From Gemmatimonadota bacterium (GTDB lineage Bacteria > Gemmatimonadota > Gemmatimonadetes > Gemmatimonadales > Gemmatimonadaceae): a stretch of 17,610 nucleotides of DNA. The stretch spans positions 1-17,610 of the forward strand of contig JANMLN010000176.1 in the NCBI GenBank assembly GCA_031372565.1, read 5' to 3'. Below the pieces are notes generated by a model that did not search any database, was not told the origin of the DNA, and saw only the letters and a program-made list of their open reading frames with translations. Positions within the stretch are counted from its first letter, which is position 1. Each line of letters starts with the position of its first letter. Both the position numbers and the translations under genes were made by a program. This document shows positions 1-8,352 of this stretch, piece by piece.

Positions 1-2
1 CC

Positions 3-302
3 GTCGAGGCCCCGCCGCCAGAAGCCTGGCTGCGCCTTCGGCTCGCCGCCACCGCGCGCGGCGCTCAGGGGAACACCGCTACCGGCAAGGTCGAGGAGAC
101 GACGGTGATGTTGGAGCCGGCGCTTTTCGTGGACGGCATCCAGACAGACATCGAGGACATCGGCCGCAACTACTCCACGAACGACATCACGGCCGTCGAG
201 GTCTATCAGGCGTCGCAGGTGCCAGGGCGGTACTCGACGGGCCGGTCGCTCTGCGGCGTGGTGCTGTTCTGGACCAAGAGCCGGACGGGCAAGGACCGAT
301 AG
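3..302 (+). CDS. C-terminal part of a protein ending in a TonB-dependent-receptor plug-like domain (5' end outside the window)
   Basis: The frame is open from position 3 to TAG at 300-302. The pattern PALFVDG...DITAVEVY...SQVP..Y....CGVVLFWTK resembles the plug-like C-terminus of secreted proteins common in Gemmatimonadota. Confidence 0.65.
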   Translation, partial: VEAPPPEAWLRLRLAATARGAQGNTATGKVEETTVMLEPALFVDGIQTDIEDIGRNYSTNDITAVEVYQASQVPGRYSTGRSLCGVVLFWTKSRTGKDR

Positions 303-368
303 GCGCCATGCGACCGGCACTTTTCAGCTCAAGCAGCATCAAGGATCAATCTTACTCATTGTCATCAA

Positions 369-403
369 TTGACTTAGCATCATAAGCTGGCTAAGCTAAA
401 AGC
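369..403 (+). promoter_or_regulatory. Sigma70-type promoter, probably giving a leaderless mRNA, with an overlapping inverted repeat
   Basis: TTGACT (369-374), 17-bp spacer, TAAGCT (392-397), 6 nt, ATG at 404. Inverted repeat CTTAGC (373-378)-N11-GCTAAG (390-395). The stretch is AT-rich compared with the rest of the window. Confidence 0.65.
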
Positions 404-670
404 ATGAACCAAGCCGCCCGCCGCTACCTCGCCGCCATCGGCCGAACCGGTGGCATCCGCAGCCGTCGTACGCTCACGCCCGCGCAGGCGTGCGACATGG
501 TTCGCGTGCGCGAAGCTCGAAAGGCGTACAAGCGCTATTTCGCCGAGTGCTTTTGGTCGTCGGACCCCGCGCGCCGCATCACGGCGGACGATGTCCCGTG
601 GGTGGCCGACCAATTGCGCAAGCACGGGGACGACGCAGCCTGGATGCTGGCGGCGCGCCTGTGCCGGTAA
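404..670 (+). CDS. 88-aa hypothetical protein, putative antitoxin-like partner of a nucleotidyltransferase (AbiEii-like) toxin
   Basis: Clean ORF behind a good promoter. N-terminal IGRTGG is KGG-like. The C-terminal CFWSSDP...WVADQLRKHG...W resembles small FW-x-x-D proteins that I recall preceding AbiEii-like genes. Its stop overlaps a second short ORF starting GTG at 661. Confidence 0.6.
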   Translation: MNQAARRYLAAIGRTGGIRSRRTLTPAQACDMVRVREARKAYKRYFAECFWSSDPARRITADDVPWVADQLRKHGDDAAWMLAARLCR

Positions 671-735
671 CTCCGCTGCAGGCGCGCATCCTCCGCATCT
701 GCGCCAACGGCCTCGCCGGCGATGTCGCGCCCTAA
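661..735 (+). pseudogene. Probable 5' remnant (24 codons) of an AbiEii-like nucleotidyltransferase gene
   Basis: GTG at 661 overlaps the end of the 88-aa ORF and reads MPVTPLQARILRICANGLAGDVAP*. The MPxTPLQxxILR.xAN start resembles, from memory, the N-terminus of such toxins, but the frame stops after 24 codons. Confidence 0.45.
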
Positions 736-754
736 GTCCAGCAGTGGAGCGGAC

Positions 755-791
755 TTGAACTCGGACCGTTCCCCGACTACCTTTCAGGTTT
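755..791 (+). promoter_or_regulatory. Putative sigma70 promoter of the yceD-rpmF-plsX-fab operon
   Basis: TTGAAC (755-760), 17 bp, TACCTT (778-783), 8 nt, ATG at 792. Confidence 0.5.
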
Positions 792-1313
792 ATGCTGTCC
801 TTTGACATCCGCGCCCTCGAAAACGAGGCAGAACAGGTTGATGACGACCTGCCTGCCACCGATTCCATCTGGGAAGAGGGAGATGGCCTGCCCGACGGTG
901 CCGTTCACGTCACCGGTCGTCTCTCCGCGGTCGGAGCGAATCGCTACTACTTCAGCGGTGCGTTCTCGGGCACACTCGCGACCGAGTGTCGGCGCTGCCT
1001 CACGGCAACGACGGTGCGCGTGCGCGACGACGCCCATTTCTTCTATGCCGAAGCCGACACGGACGAAGCCGACGACCCGGATGTGTACCTGATTGACCCG
1101 CGCGATGCGCAGCTGGATATCCGGCCGGCGATCCGCGAGCTGTGGCTTCTGGCCGCTCCCGCGTTTGCACTCTGTCGCGAGGATTGTCAGGGGCTCTGCC
1201 CGCAGTGCGGTGTGGACCGGAACGCGACCGATTGCGGTCACCGGCCCGCCGGCTCCACCGACAGCCGCTGGGATGCCCTCCGCGCCCTCAAGGGCGACGA
1301 GACGTCCCACTAG
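792..1313 (+). CDS. yceD: DUF177/YceD family protein (large ribosomal subunit accumulation)
   Basis: Motifs ECRRCL, LCREDCQGLCPQCG and DSRWDALRAL, in the conserved position directly upstream of rpmF. Confidence 0.92.
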   Translation: MLSFDIRALENEAEQVDDDLPATDSIWEEGDGLPDGAVHVTGRLSAVGANRYYFSGAFSGTLATECRRCLTATTVRVRDDAHFFYAEADTDEADDPDVYLIDPRDAQLDIRPAIRELWLLAAPAFALCREDCQGLCPQCGVDRNATDCGHRPAGSTDSRWDALRALKGDETSH

Positions 1314-1349
1314 CACGAGCTCCACCTTACCCCGAACCAGTCTCCGACG

Positions 1350-1532
1350 ATGGCCGTCCCGAAGCGCCGTACCTCCAAGCGGAAGAAGCGCGCCCGCAAC
1401 ACCCACAAGGTGGCGCCCCGTATCGTGATCCAGGACTGCCCGCGTTGCGGCAGCAAGAAGCGCCCCCACCGGGTGTGCAATGCTTGCGGCTACTACGCTG
1501 GCGAGCAGCGAGTCGCCGCCGCCGAGGCGTAG
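1350..1532 (+). CDS. rpmF: 50S ribosomal protein L32 (zinc-ribbon form)
   Basis: MAVPKRRTSK...CPRCG...PHRVCNACGYY. Confidence 0.98.
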   Translation: MAVPKRRTSKRKKRARNTHKVAPRIVIQDCPRCGSKKRPHRVCNACGYYAGEQRVAAAEA

Positions 1533-1534
1533 AC

Positions 1535-2551
1535 ATGGCCCGCATCGCGCTTGACGCGATGGGGGGTGACCATGCCCCTAAGGCGCCGATCGCCGGCGCC
1601 CTCGAAGCCCTCGCGGAACTCGCTCCTGAGCACCGCATCACGCTCGTCGGGCAGATGGCCGTCATGACGGCCGTTCTCGACGCGCTGTGCGCAGGGGAAC
1701 TCCAGGCGCTCGCGGCCCATCGCGCGCGCCTCGACCTCGTGGACGCCCCCGAGGTCATCGACATGGCCGACAAGCCGACCGTGGCGCTGCGCGCCAAGCG
1801 CAACTCGTCCATGGTCATGGGGATTGACCTCCACGCCAAGGGCGAGGCCGATGCGTTCGTCTCCGCCGGCAACACGGGCGCGCAGATGGCCGCGTCCGTC
1901 GTGCTGCTCAAGCTGCACGCCGGACTCACGCGTCCCGCCATCGGCACGCTCTTTCCCACGGCGCGCGTCCCGGTCGTGGTCCTCGACTCGGGCGCGAACG
2001 TCGATTGCTCCGCCGAGGAACTCGTCTCCTTTGCCCGGCTCGGCGCGGTGTACGCCGAGGACATCCTCGGTCGCCCCAACCCGGTCGTCGGACTGCTCTC
2101 GGTCGGCGAAGAGGCGGAGAAGGGCAATGCCGCGGTGAAGGACGCGCACCAACTCCTGCTCACCGCCGGCCTCAATTTCCAGGGCAACATCGAGGGGCGC
2201 GACATCCCGAAGGGGGCGAGTGGGCGCGGCCCGATCGATGTCGTCGTGTGCGACGGCTTCACCGGCAACGCGCTCCTCAAGTTCTACGAGGCGGTCCCCG
2301 GCGTGCTGGGTGCCATGCTGGCCAAAGCCGGCGTCACCAAGGCACAGATGGCCGAGGCATTCACGGCGCTCGACTACCACGCATACGGCGGCGCGCCGCT
2401 CCTCGGCGTGCGCGGGATCAGCATCATCTGCCACGGCAGTTCGTCGGCGCGTGCCATCAAGAACGCGATCTTCGTGGCGCTCCGCGCGCACGAGTCCGGC
2501 ATGAACGCGCACGTCGGCAAGAAGCTCGACGCCAGCCACGCCGCGACATGA
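1535..2551 (+). CDS. plsX: Phosphate acyltransferase PlsX
   Basis: Start ATG at 1535 (MARIALDAMGGDHAP). Motifs SAGNTGA, RPAI, DSGANVD, GEEAEKGN, VVVCDGFTGN, GGAPLLG and ICHGSS. Confidence 0.97.
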   Translation: MARIALDAMGGDHAPKAPIAGALEALAELAPEHRITLVGQMAVMTAVLDALCAGELQALAAHRARLDLVDAPEVIDMADKPTVALRAKRNSSMVMGIDLHAKGEADAFVSAGNTGAQMAASVVLLKLHAGLTRPAIGTLFPTARVPVVVLDSGANVDCSAEELVSFARLGAVYAEDILGRPNPVVGLLSVGEEAEKGNAAVKDAHQLLLTAGLNFQGNIEGRDIPKGASGRGPIDVVVCDGFTGNALLKFYEAVPGVLGAMLAKAGVTKAQMAEAFTALDYHAYGGAPLLGVRGISIICHGSSSARAIKNAIFVALRAHESGMNAHVGKKLDASHAAT

Positions 2552-3537
2552 AGCGCCCGCTCGCCCGCATCACGGGGACGGGACACGCCGTGCCGGCGTA
2601 TGCCATGCAGAATGGCGATTTTGCGGCCATCGGCATCGACACCGATGATGCCTGGATTCGCGAGCGCACGGGCATCCGCCAGCGCTATATCGCCCGCGAC
2701 GGCGAAACGTGCGTCTCGCTCGCCGCGGATGCGGCGAAGCAGGCGCTCGCGGATGCCCAGGTCAACGCCGCCGACATCGACCTGATCGTCTTCGGTACCT
2801 GCTCGCCGGACAAGCTGTTGCCTGCGTCCGGTGCGGAGATGCAGGCGATCATCGGGGCGAACAAGGCCGCCGCGTTCGACTTGAACGCCGCATGCACGAG
2901 CTTCGTCTACGGCCTGTCGGTCGCCGAAGGATTCATCGCGTCGGGCGCTGCACGGCAGGTGCTCGTCATCGGTGCCGAGAAGCTCTCCGGCATCATCAAC
3001 TGGAAGGATCGCAACACGTGCGTCCTCTTCGGTGATGGCGCGGGGGCGGCCGTGCTCTCCGCCTCCGACGGCACACGCGGGATCCTCTCGCGCTTCATGC
3101 GCTCCGACGGCAACCTGGCGTCGCTGCTCTACCGACCCAAGGGCGGGTCGGCCGAGCCGGTGACGGCGGAGATGATCGCCGAGGGATCACACTACGTGCA
3201 CATGGCAGGGCGCGAGACGTTCAAGCACGCCGTCTACTCGATGAACGAGGCGCTCGATCACGCGCTCGCCGATGCCGGGATGACCGGCGAGGACATCGAC
3301 CTCCTCATTCCGCATCAGGCCAACCTCCGCATCATCGAAGCGACGGCCAAGCATGGCGGCATCGGCATGGACAAGGTGTTCGTGAACGTGGATCGCTACG
3401 GCAACACGAGCGCGGCGTCGGTGCCGATCGCACTCGACGAAGCCATGCGCTCCGGCCGCATTCAGCCCGGCATGACGGTGATGTTGGTCGCCTTCGGCGC
3501 CGGCTTCACGTGGGCGTCCGCGATTCATCGCTTCTAG
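2548..3537 (+). CDS. fabH: 3-oxoacyl-ACP synthase III
   Basis: ATGA overlap with plsX. WIRERTGI, catalytic NAAC, FGDGAGA, PHQAN, YGNTSAAS and FGAGFTW. Confidence 0.97.
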   Translation: MKRPLARITGTGHAVPAYAMQNGDFAAIGIDTDDAWIRERTGIRQRYIARDGETCVSLAADAAKQALADAQVNAADIDLIVFGTCSPDKLLPASGAEMQAIIGANKAAAFDLNAACTSFVYGLSVAEGFIASGAARQVLVIGAEKLSGIINWKDRNTCVLFGDGAGAAVLSASDGTRGILSRFMRSDGNLASLLYRPKGGSAEPVTAEMIAEGSHYVHMAGRETFKHAVYSMNEALDHALADAGMTGEDIDLLIPHQANLRIIEATAKHGGIGMDKVFVNVDRYGNTSAASVPIALDEAMRSGRIQPGMTVMLVAFGAGFTWASAIHRF

Positions 3538-3542
3538 CGCCC

Positions 3543-4478
3543 ATGCAGGTGGTCCTCCTCTTCCCGGGACAAGGGTCCCAGAAGCCCGGCATGGGGAAGG
3601 ATCTCGCGTGGGCACACCCGGCCGCTGCCGAGGTGTTTCGCTCGCTCGATGCAACGCTCGGGCTCGAGCTCTCGACGCTCGCCTTCGAGGGACCTGAAGA
3701 GGAGCTCACGCGCACGCTGAATGCGCAACCGGCCCTGCTCGCGCACAGCGCGGCGGTCTGGAGCGTGGTCCGCGACGCGGTTGCCCCGCATGTCGTTGCG
3801 GCGGCCGGCCATTCACTCGGGGAGTTCACGGCGTACTTCGCCGCGGGCGCGCTTGGCCTGTCCGAGGCCATTCGACTGGTACGCCGCCGTGGGGAGCTGA
3901 TGTGGGAAACGGGCAACGCGCGACCCGGCGCCATGGCCGCCATCCTCGGCGACATGCACGTTCCGATCGAGTCGATCTGCGAGGAGGCCTCTGCGGCGGG
4001 GCTCGTCGTGCCGGCCAACTACAACTCGCCGGGACAGATCGTGATCTCGGGCGAGGTGGCGGGGGTCGAGAAGGCCATGGAGCTGGCCAAGGCAGCGGGC
4101 GCGAAGCGTGCAATCCGGCTCAACGTGAGCGGAGCGTTTCACTCGCCGCTCATGGAGCCTGCCGAGGAGGGATTGCAGCACGCGCTGTCGGAGGCGGGGA
4201 TCGGTGACGCGCAGTTCCCCGTGTTCGCCAACGTGAGCGCCGAGCCCACCCGGTGGCAGGTGTCGATCATGCATCGGTTGGCCCGCCAGCTGACGCGCCC
4301 CGTGCAGTGGACCGGCGCCGTCTCGCGCATGGCTGCCGCGTACCCGAATGCGCTGTACGTCGAGATGGGGCCGGGGAACGTGCTCTCCGGCCTCGTGCGC
4401 AAGATTGCCCCGGGGGTCCAGACGATGACGTGCGGCACCCCCGCCGAAGTGGACGCCCTCCTGGCCAAGGTGAGCTAG
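3543..4478 (+). CDS. fabD: Malonyl-CoA:ACP transacylase
   Basis: Start MQVVLLFPGQGSQ at 3543. GHSLGE nucleophile motif, ANYNSPGQ and VSGAFHSPLM. Confidence 0.97.
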   Translation: MQVVLLFPGQGSQKPGMGKDLAWAHPAAAEVFRSLDATLGLELSTLAFEGPEEELTRTLNAQPALLAHSAAVWSVVRDAVAPHVVAAAGHSLGEFTAYFAAGALGLSEAIRLVRRRGELMWETGNARPGAMAAILGDMHVPIESICEEASAAGLVVPANYNSPGQIVISGEVAGVEKAMELAKAAGAKRAIRLNVSGAFHSPLMEPAEEGLQHALSEAGIGDAQFPVFANVSAEPTRWQVSIMHRLARQLTRPVQWTGAVSRMAAAYPNALYVEMGPGNVLSGLVRKIAPGVQTMTCGTPAEVDALLAKVS

Positions 4479-4481
4479 CCG

Positions 4482-5225
4482 ATGCCGATGCAGATCGACC
4501 TGAGCGGCAAGGTGGCGCTCGTGACGGGATCGACGCGCGGGATTGGCCGCGCGATCGCCGAGGCGCTGACGGCCGCGGGAGCCAAGGTGGCGGTGTGCGG
4601 GCGTGACCAGGCCAAGGCGGCCGAGGTGGCCGCCCAGCTCGGTCCCGACGCGCGTGGCTTCGGTGCCGACGTGGGCAACGTGGCCTCGGTGCAGCAGTTG
4701 ATCGCCGATGTGGAGGCCGCCTTCGGGCAGCTGGACATCCTGGTGAACAACGCCGGCCTGACCAAGGACAACCTGATGCTCCGGATCAAGGACGATGACT
4801 GGGATCAGGTGATCGACGCCAACCTGCGCGGGGCGTTCGTGGCGATTCGGGCGGCAACGCGCGGCATGATGAAGCGGCGCTGGGGACGCGTGATCAACAT
4901 CGCGTCGGTGGTCGGCATCACGGGCAACAAGGGGCAGGCCAACTACGCCGCGAGCAAGGCGGGGCTGATCGGCTTGACCAAGTCCGTGGCCAAGGAACTC
5001 GCCTCGCGCAACATTCTGGCCAACGTGGTCGCGCCCGGGTTCATCGAGACCGACATGACGGCCGCCATGACCGCCGAAGCGAAGACGGCGACGATGGCGC
5101 AGATTCCGCTCGAGCGGTTGGGGCAACCGTCGGATGTGGCGCAGGCGGTGGTCTTTCTGGCCTCCGATGCGGCCTCGTACATCACGGGGCAGGTGCTCGT
5201 GGTCGACGGCGGGATGGTCATGTAG
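4482..5225 (+). CDS. fabG: 3-oxoacyl-ACP reductase (alternative start at 4488)
   Basis: [23 protein letters not shown] and [10 protein letters not shown], within the fab cluster. Confidence 0.97.
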   Translation: MPMQIDLSGKVALVTGSTRGIGRAIAEALTAAGAKVAVCGRDQAKAAEVAAQLGPDARGFGADVGNVASVQQLIADVEAAFGQLDILVNNAGLTKDNLMLRIKDDDWDQVIDANLRGAFVAIRAATRGMMKRRWGRVINIASVVGITGNKGQANYAASKAGLIGLTKSVAKELASRNILANVVAPGFIETDMTAAMTAEAKTATMAQIPLERLGQPSDVAQAVVFLASDAASYITGQVLVVDGGMVM

Positions 5226-5332
5226 GGCGCAAGCGCTTGCGGGGGTGGGACGCAGGTTCCGCCTCTGGTTCGGACATGGTAGGTTGTTGTGTTGAAGTGC
5301 GTTATCCGATTTTACCCCTGAGGATGTGAGTC

Positions 5333-5572
5333 ATGGCCGACATCGGCGCAAAGGTGAAGGACATCATCGAGAAGGAGCTCGGCGTCGAGCGCGAGAAGCT
5401 GACGAGCGAAGCGAGCTTCATTGAGGATCTGGGGGCCGACAGCCTCGACATCGTCGAACTCGTGATGGAATTCGAGAAGGAGTTCAACATCGACATTCCG
5501 GACGAAGACGCCGAGAAGATCCGCACCGTGGGCGATTCGATGACGTACATCCAGTCCAAGGTCGGCCAGTAG
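5333..5572 (+). CDS. acpP: Acyl carrier protein
   Basis: [14 protein letters not shown] phosphopantetheine motif, with an SD-like GAGGA upstream. Confidence 0.98.
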   Translation: MADIGAKVKDIIEKELGVEREKLTSEASFIEDLGADSLDIVELVMEFEKEFNIDIPDEDAEKIRTVGDSMTYIQSKVGQ

Positions 5573-6817
5573 ATGCACAGGCGCGTCGTCGTCACGGGGC
5601 TTGGCCTCGTGACGGCTGTCGGAAACAACGTGCCCGCCTCGTGGGCGGCCCTGCTCGACGGCAAGTCGGGCGGGGGCCCTGTGACGCGCTTTGACGCCTC
5701 CAAGCACCGCGTACAGTTCGCGAACGAGGTCAAGAACTTCGACCCGTTGCTGACGATGGACCGCAAGGAGGTCAAGCGGTCCGATCTCTTCACGCAGTTC
5801 GCGCTCGCGGCCAGCGTCGAAGCGATGACCGATGCCGGGTTCGGCGACGGCACCGGATACGATCCGCTGCGAACCGGGGTCATCATCGGCTCCGGAATCG
5901 GCGGGATCCGCACGTTCGAGGATCAGCTGGACGTCGAACGTTCGATGGGGCCGAACCGCGTCTCGGCCTTCTTCGTGCCGATGTTCATCGGCGACATCGC
6001 CGCCGGCGTCGTCTCGATGCGATATCAGGCCAAGGGACCCAACTATGCGGTCCAGTCTGCCTGCGCCACGAGCGCGCACGCCATCGGTGACGCGTTCCGT
6101 CTCATCGCATACGGCGACGCGGACATCATCATCGCGGGCGGAACGGAAGCAGCCGTGAGCCGCATGGCGATGGCCGGCTTCGCCAACATGCAGGCGCTCT
6201 CGCACAACAATGACAACCCGATGACCGCGAGCCGGCCGTTCGACCGGACACGGGACGGGTTCGTGTTGGGCGAGGGAGCGGGCATCGTGGTGCTCGAGTT
6301 GCTGGACCACGCGCTCGCGCGTGGCGCCACGATCCACGGCGAGATCGTCGGCTATGGCGCAACGGGTGACGCCTACCACCTCACCGGCCAGCCCGAGGAT
6401 CACGAGGGTCTACAGCGCGCCATGCGTCGTGCCATCGAGGACGCGGGCCTCACGCCCGAGGACGTGCAGTACGTGAACGCGCACGGGACCTCGACACCGA
6501 TGAACGATTCGAACGAGATCCGCGCGATCAAGAAGGTGTTCGGGGCGCATGCAGCGAGCCTGAATGTGAGCTCGACCAAGTCGTCGACCGGGCACACGCT
6601 CGGCGCGGCCGGCGCGATCGAGGCCGTGTTCAGCACGCTCGCGCTCAAGCACGGCATCATTCCGCCGACGATCAACCTGCACGATCAGGATCCGGAGTGC
6701 GACCTGAACTGCACGCCGAACGTGCCGGTCCGGCGCGAGATCACCGTGGCCGTCAGCAACTCGGCCGGGTTCGGCGGGCACAACACGAGCCTCGCGATCA
6801 AGAAGTGGACGCCGTAA
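5573..6817 (+). CDS. fabF: 3-oxoacyl-ACP synthase II
   Basis: RRVVVTGLG, SACAT (catalytic Cys), RPFD..RDGFVLGEG, NAHGTST, KSSTGHTLGAAG and GFGGHN. Confidence 0.97.
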   Translation: MHRRVVVTGLGLVTAVGNNVPASWAALLDGKSGGGPVTRFDASKHRVQFANEVKNFDPLLTMDRKEVKRSDLFTQFALAASVEAMTDAGFGDGTGYDPLRTGVIIGSGIGGIRTFEDQLDVERSMGPNRVSAFFVPMFIGDIAAGVVSMRYQAKGPNYAVQSACATSAHAIGDAFRLIAYGDADIIIAGGTEAAVSRMAMAGFANMQALSHNNDNPMTASRPFDRTRDGFVLGEGAGIVVLELLDHALARGATIHGEIVGYGATGDAYHLTGQPEDHEGLQRAMRRAIEDAGLTPEDVQYVNAHGTSTPMNDSNEIRAIKKVFGAHAASLNVSSTKSSTGHTLGAAGAIEAVFSTLALKHGIIPPTINLHDQDPECDLNCTPNVPVRREITVAVSNSAGFGGHNTSLAIKKWTP

Positions 6818-6818
6818 G

Positions 6819-6932
6819 GTCGTCCTGAGCGCAGCGAAGGACCTGCTTGTCCCCGCTGTCGTCCTGAGCGCAGCGAAGGACCTGCTTGTCCCCGCTGTCG
6901 TCCTGAGCGCAGCGAAGGACCTGCTTGTCCCC
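6819..6932. repeat. Tandem array of three 39-bp units, each with a REP-like hairpin
   Basis: Unit GTCGTCCTGAGCGCAGCGAAGGACCTGCTTGTCCCCGCT at 6819-6857 and 6858-6896, plus its first 36 bp at 6897-6932, with no mismatches. Internal stem GTCCT...AGGAC. Confidence 0.97.
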
Positions 6933-6979
6933 ATCCGCTCCGCGACGCCTCCGCGGGAACTCCCGGGCCGCTCGCTGCG

Positions 6980-7015
6980 CTGACCATCGTGGTCAACTCC
7001 CGCTATGATTCGCCG
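6980..7015 (+). promoter_or_regulatory. Putative leaderless promoter of mqnE
   Basis: TATGAT (7004-7009), 6 nt, ATG at 7016. Weak -35 CTGACC (6980-6985) at 18-bp spacing. Confidence 0.5.
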
Positions 7016-8203
7016 ATGCGGCTTCCGCTTGCGAACCTCCCAATCGACCGCCTGCGCGACCCGGCGCTGCTCCCGATCGCGGCCAAGCTGGCCGCCGGTG
7101 AGCGCCTCGATCGCGCCGACGCGCTGGCCTGCTACCGGACCTCGGACCTGATCGGCCTCGGGCTGCTGGCCGACGCCGCCAATCGCGCCCTGAATGGCGA
7201 CACGGTCACCTTCGCGGCCAACCAGCACATCAACCCGACCAACGTCTGCGTCCTTCGTACCACCTGCAAATTCTGCGGGTATGCACGACTGCCCAAGGAA
7301 GCGGGTGCGTACCGGTACACGATGGCCCAGGTGCTCGAGGAAGCGGCGCACGCGGCCGACGGCCTCACGCGCGAGTTCCACATTGTCGGCGGGCTCGACA
7401 TGCAGGCCGGGCTCGCGTACTACGAGGAGATGTTCCGCACCCTCAAGGCGAACTTCCCGCACGTGCACATCAAGGCGCTCACGGCGGTCGAGATCGCGCA
7501 TATCGCACGCATCGAGAAGATGACCTGGTCAGCGGTGCTGACGGCGCTGCGGGCCGCGGGACTCGACACGATGCCGGGTGGGGGCGCCGAGACGTTCAGC
7601 GCCGCGGTGCGCGAGCAGATCGCCGGCAAGAAGCTCGGTGGCGCCGACTACATCGGCGTGCACCGCGCCGCGCACCAGCTGGGCATCCGCTCGAACTGCA
7701 CCATGCTGTACGGCCACGTCGAGACGCTCGAGGACCGCGTCGATCACCTGACCATGCTGCGCGACCTGCAGGACGAAACGGGGGGCTTTCTCGCGTTCAT
7801 TCCGCTGGCCTATCACCCGGACGACAACGAGCTGGGCGCCACGCTGGGGCGTCTCGGGACGGCCACCGGAGGCTCCGATGACCTGCGCATGCTCGCGACC
7901 GGGCGGCTCTTCCTCGACAACTTCCGCCATGTGAAGTCGCACTGGATCATGGTCAGTCAGGCGCTCAGCCAGATCGCGCTGCACTTCGGGGTCAACGACC
8001 TCGAGGGCACCGTGGTGCGCGAGAAGATCTACCATGCCGTCGGCGCCCACACCCCGCAAGGAATGACGCTCGACCAGCTGCTCCAGCTCATCCGCGGAGC
8101 GGGGAAGCAGCCGGCGGAGCGGGATTCGTTCTACAACGTGCTCCGCACCTTCCCGCGCGAGGCGCCTGCCGGCGAGACCTTGGCCTCTGCCGCAGGTGCG
8201 TAG
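7016..8203 (+). CDS. mqnE: Aminofutalosine synthase MqnE (CofH/MqnC-family radical SAM)
   Basis: HINPTNVC...CKFC, EFHIVGG, HIKALTAVEI, MPGGGAE, SNCTMLYGHVE, LQDETGGF.AFIPLAY, HVKSHWIM and DLEGTVVREKIYH; adjacent to mqnA and mqnC. Confidence 0.9.
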   Translation: MRLPLANLPIDRLRDPALLPIAAKLAAGERLDRADALACYRTSDLIGLGLLADAANRALNGDTVTFAANQHINPTNVCVLRTTCKFCGYARLPKEAGAYRYTMAQVLEEAAHAADGLTREFHIVGGLDMQAGLAYYEEMFRTLKANFPHVHIKALTAVEIAHIARIEKMTWSAVLTALRAAGLDTMPGGGAETFSAAVREQIAGKKLGGADYIGVHRAAHQLGIRSNCTMLYGHVETLEDRVDHLTMLRDLQDETGGFLAFIPLAYHPDDNELGATLGRLGTATGGSDDLRMLATGRLFLDNFRHVKSHWIMVSQALSQIALHFGVNDLEGTVVREKIYHAVGAHTPQGMTLDQLLQLIRGAGKQPAERDSFYNVLRTFPREAPAGETLASAAGA

Positions 8204-8340
8204 GGGACGAGTGTCGGCGGGGGAGCGCCTGGGTGGCAGACGCCGGGAACAGCGCTGAGGCCACGACGTTAGCTCCGGACAGGGGCCCGGAACACCCGTC
8301 TCACGACCGTGTCACCGCTGGCCTGCGGCCCCCCCGGACA

Positions 8341-8352
8341 TAGATTCCAAAC
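8341..8352 (+). promoter_or_regulatory. Putative -10 element of a leaderless mqnA transcript
   Basis: TAGATT (8341-8346), 6 nt, ATG at 8353. No convincing -35 and no SD. Confidence 0.4.

Noticed and set aside
734..756. Inverted repeat AAGTCC-N11-GGACTT next to the yceD -35
   Set aside because: Arms are only 6 bp with no U-tract, and I have no supporting evidence for an operator or terminator; it could be chance.
1142..1534. N-terminal extensions in the ORF track for plsX, fabH, ispF, xerD, mqnC and the radical SAM gene
   Set aside because: They overlap upstream genes, and family similarity begins at the downstream starts used here.
6819..6932. CRISPR array
   Set aside because: The sequence between hairpins is identical in every unit and only about 13 bp long, so there are no unique spacers, and no cas genes are in the window.
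8204..8340. Riboswitch or ncRNA between mqnE and mqnA
   Set aside because: No recognisable conserved motif, strong hairpin or terminator by eye.
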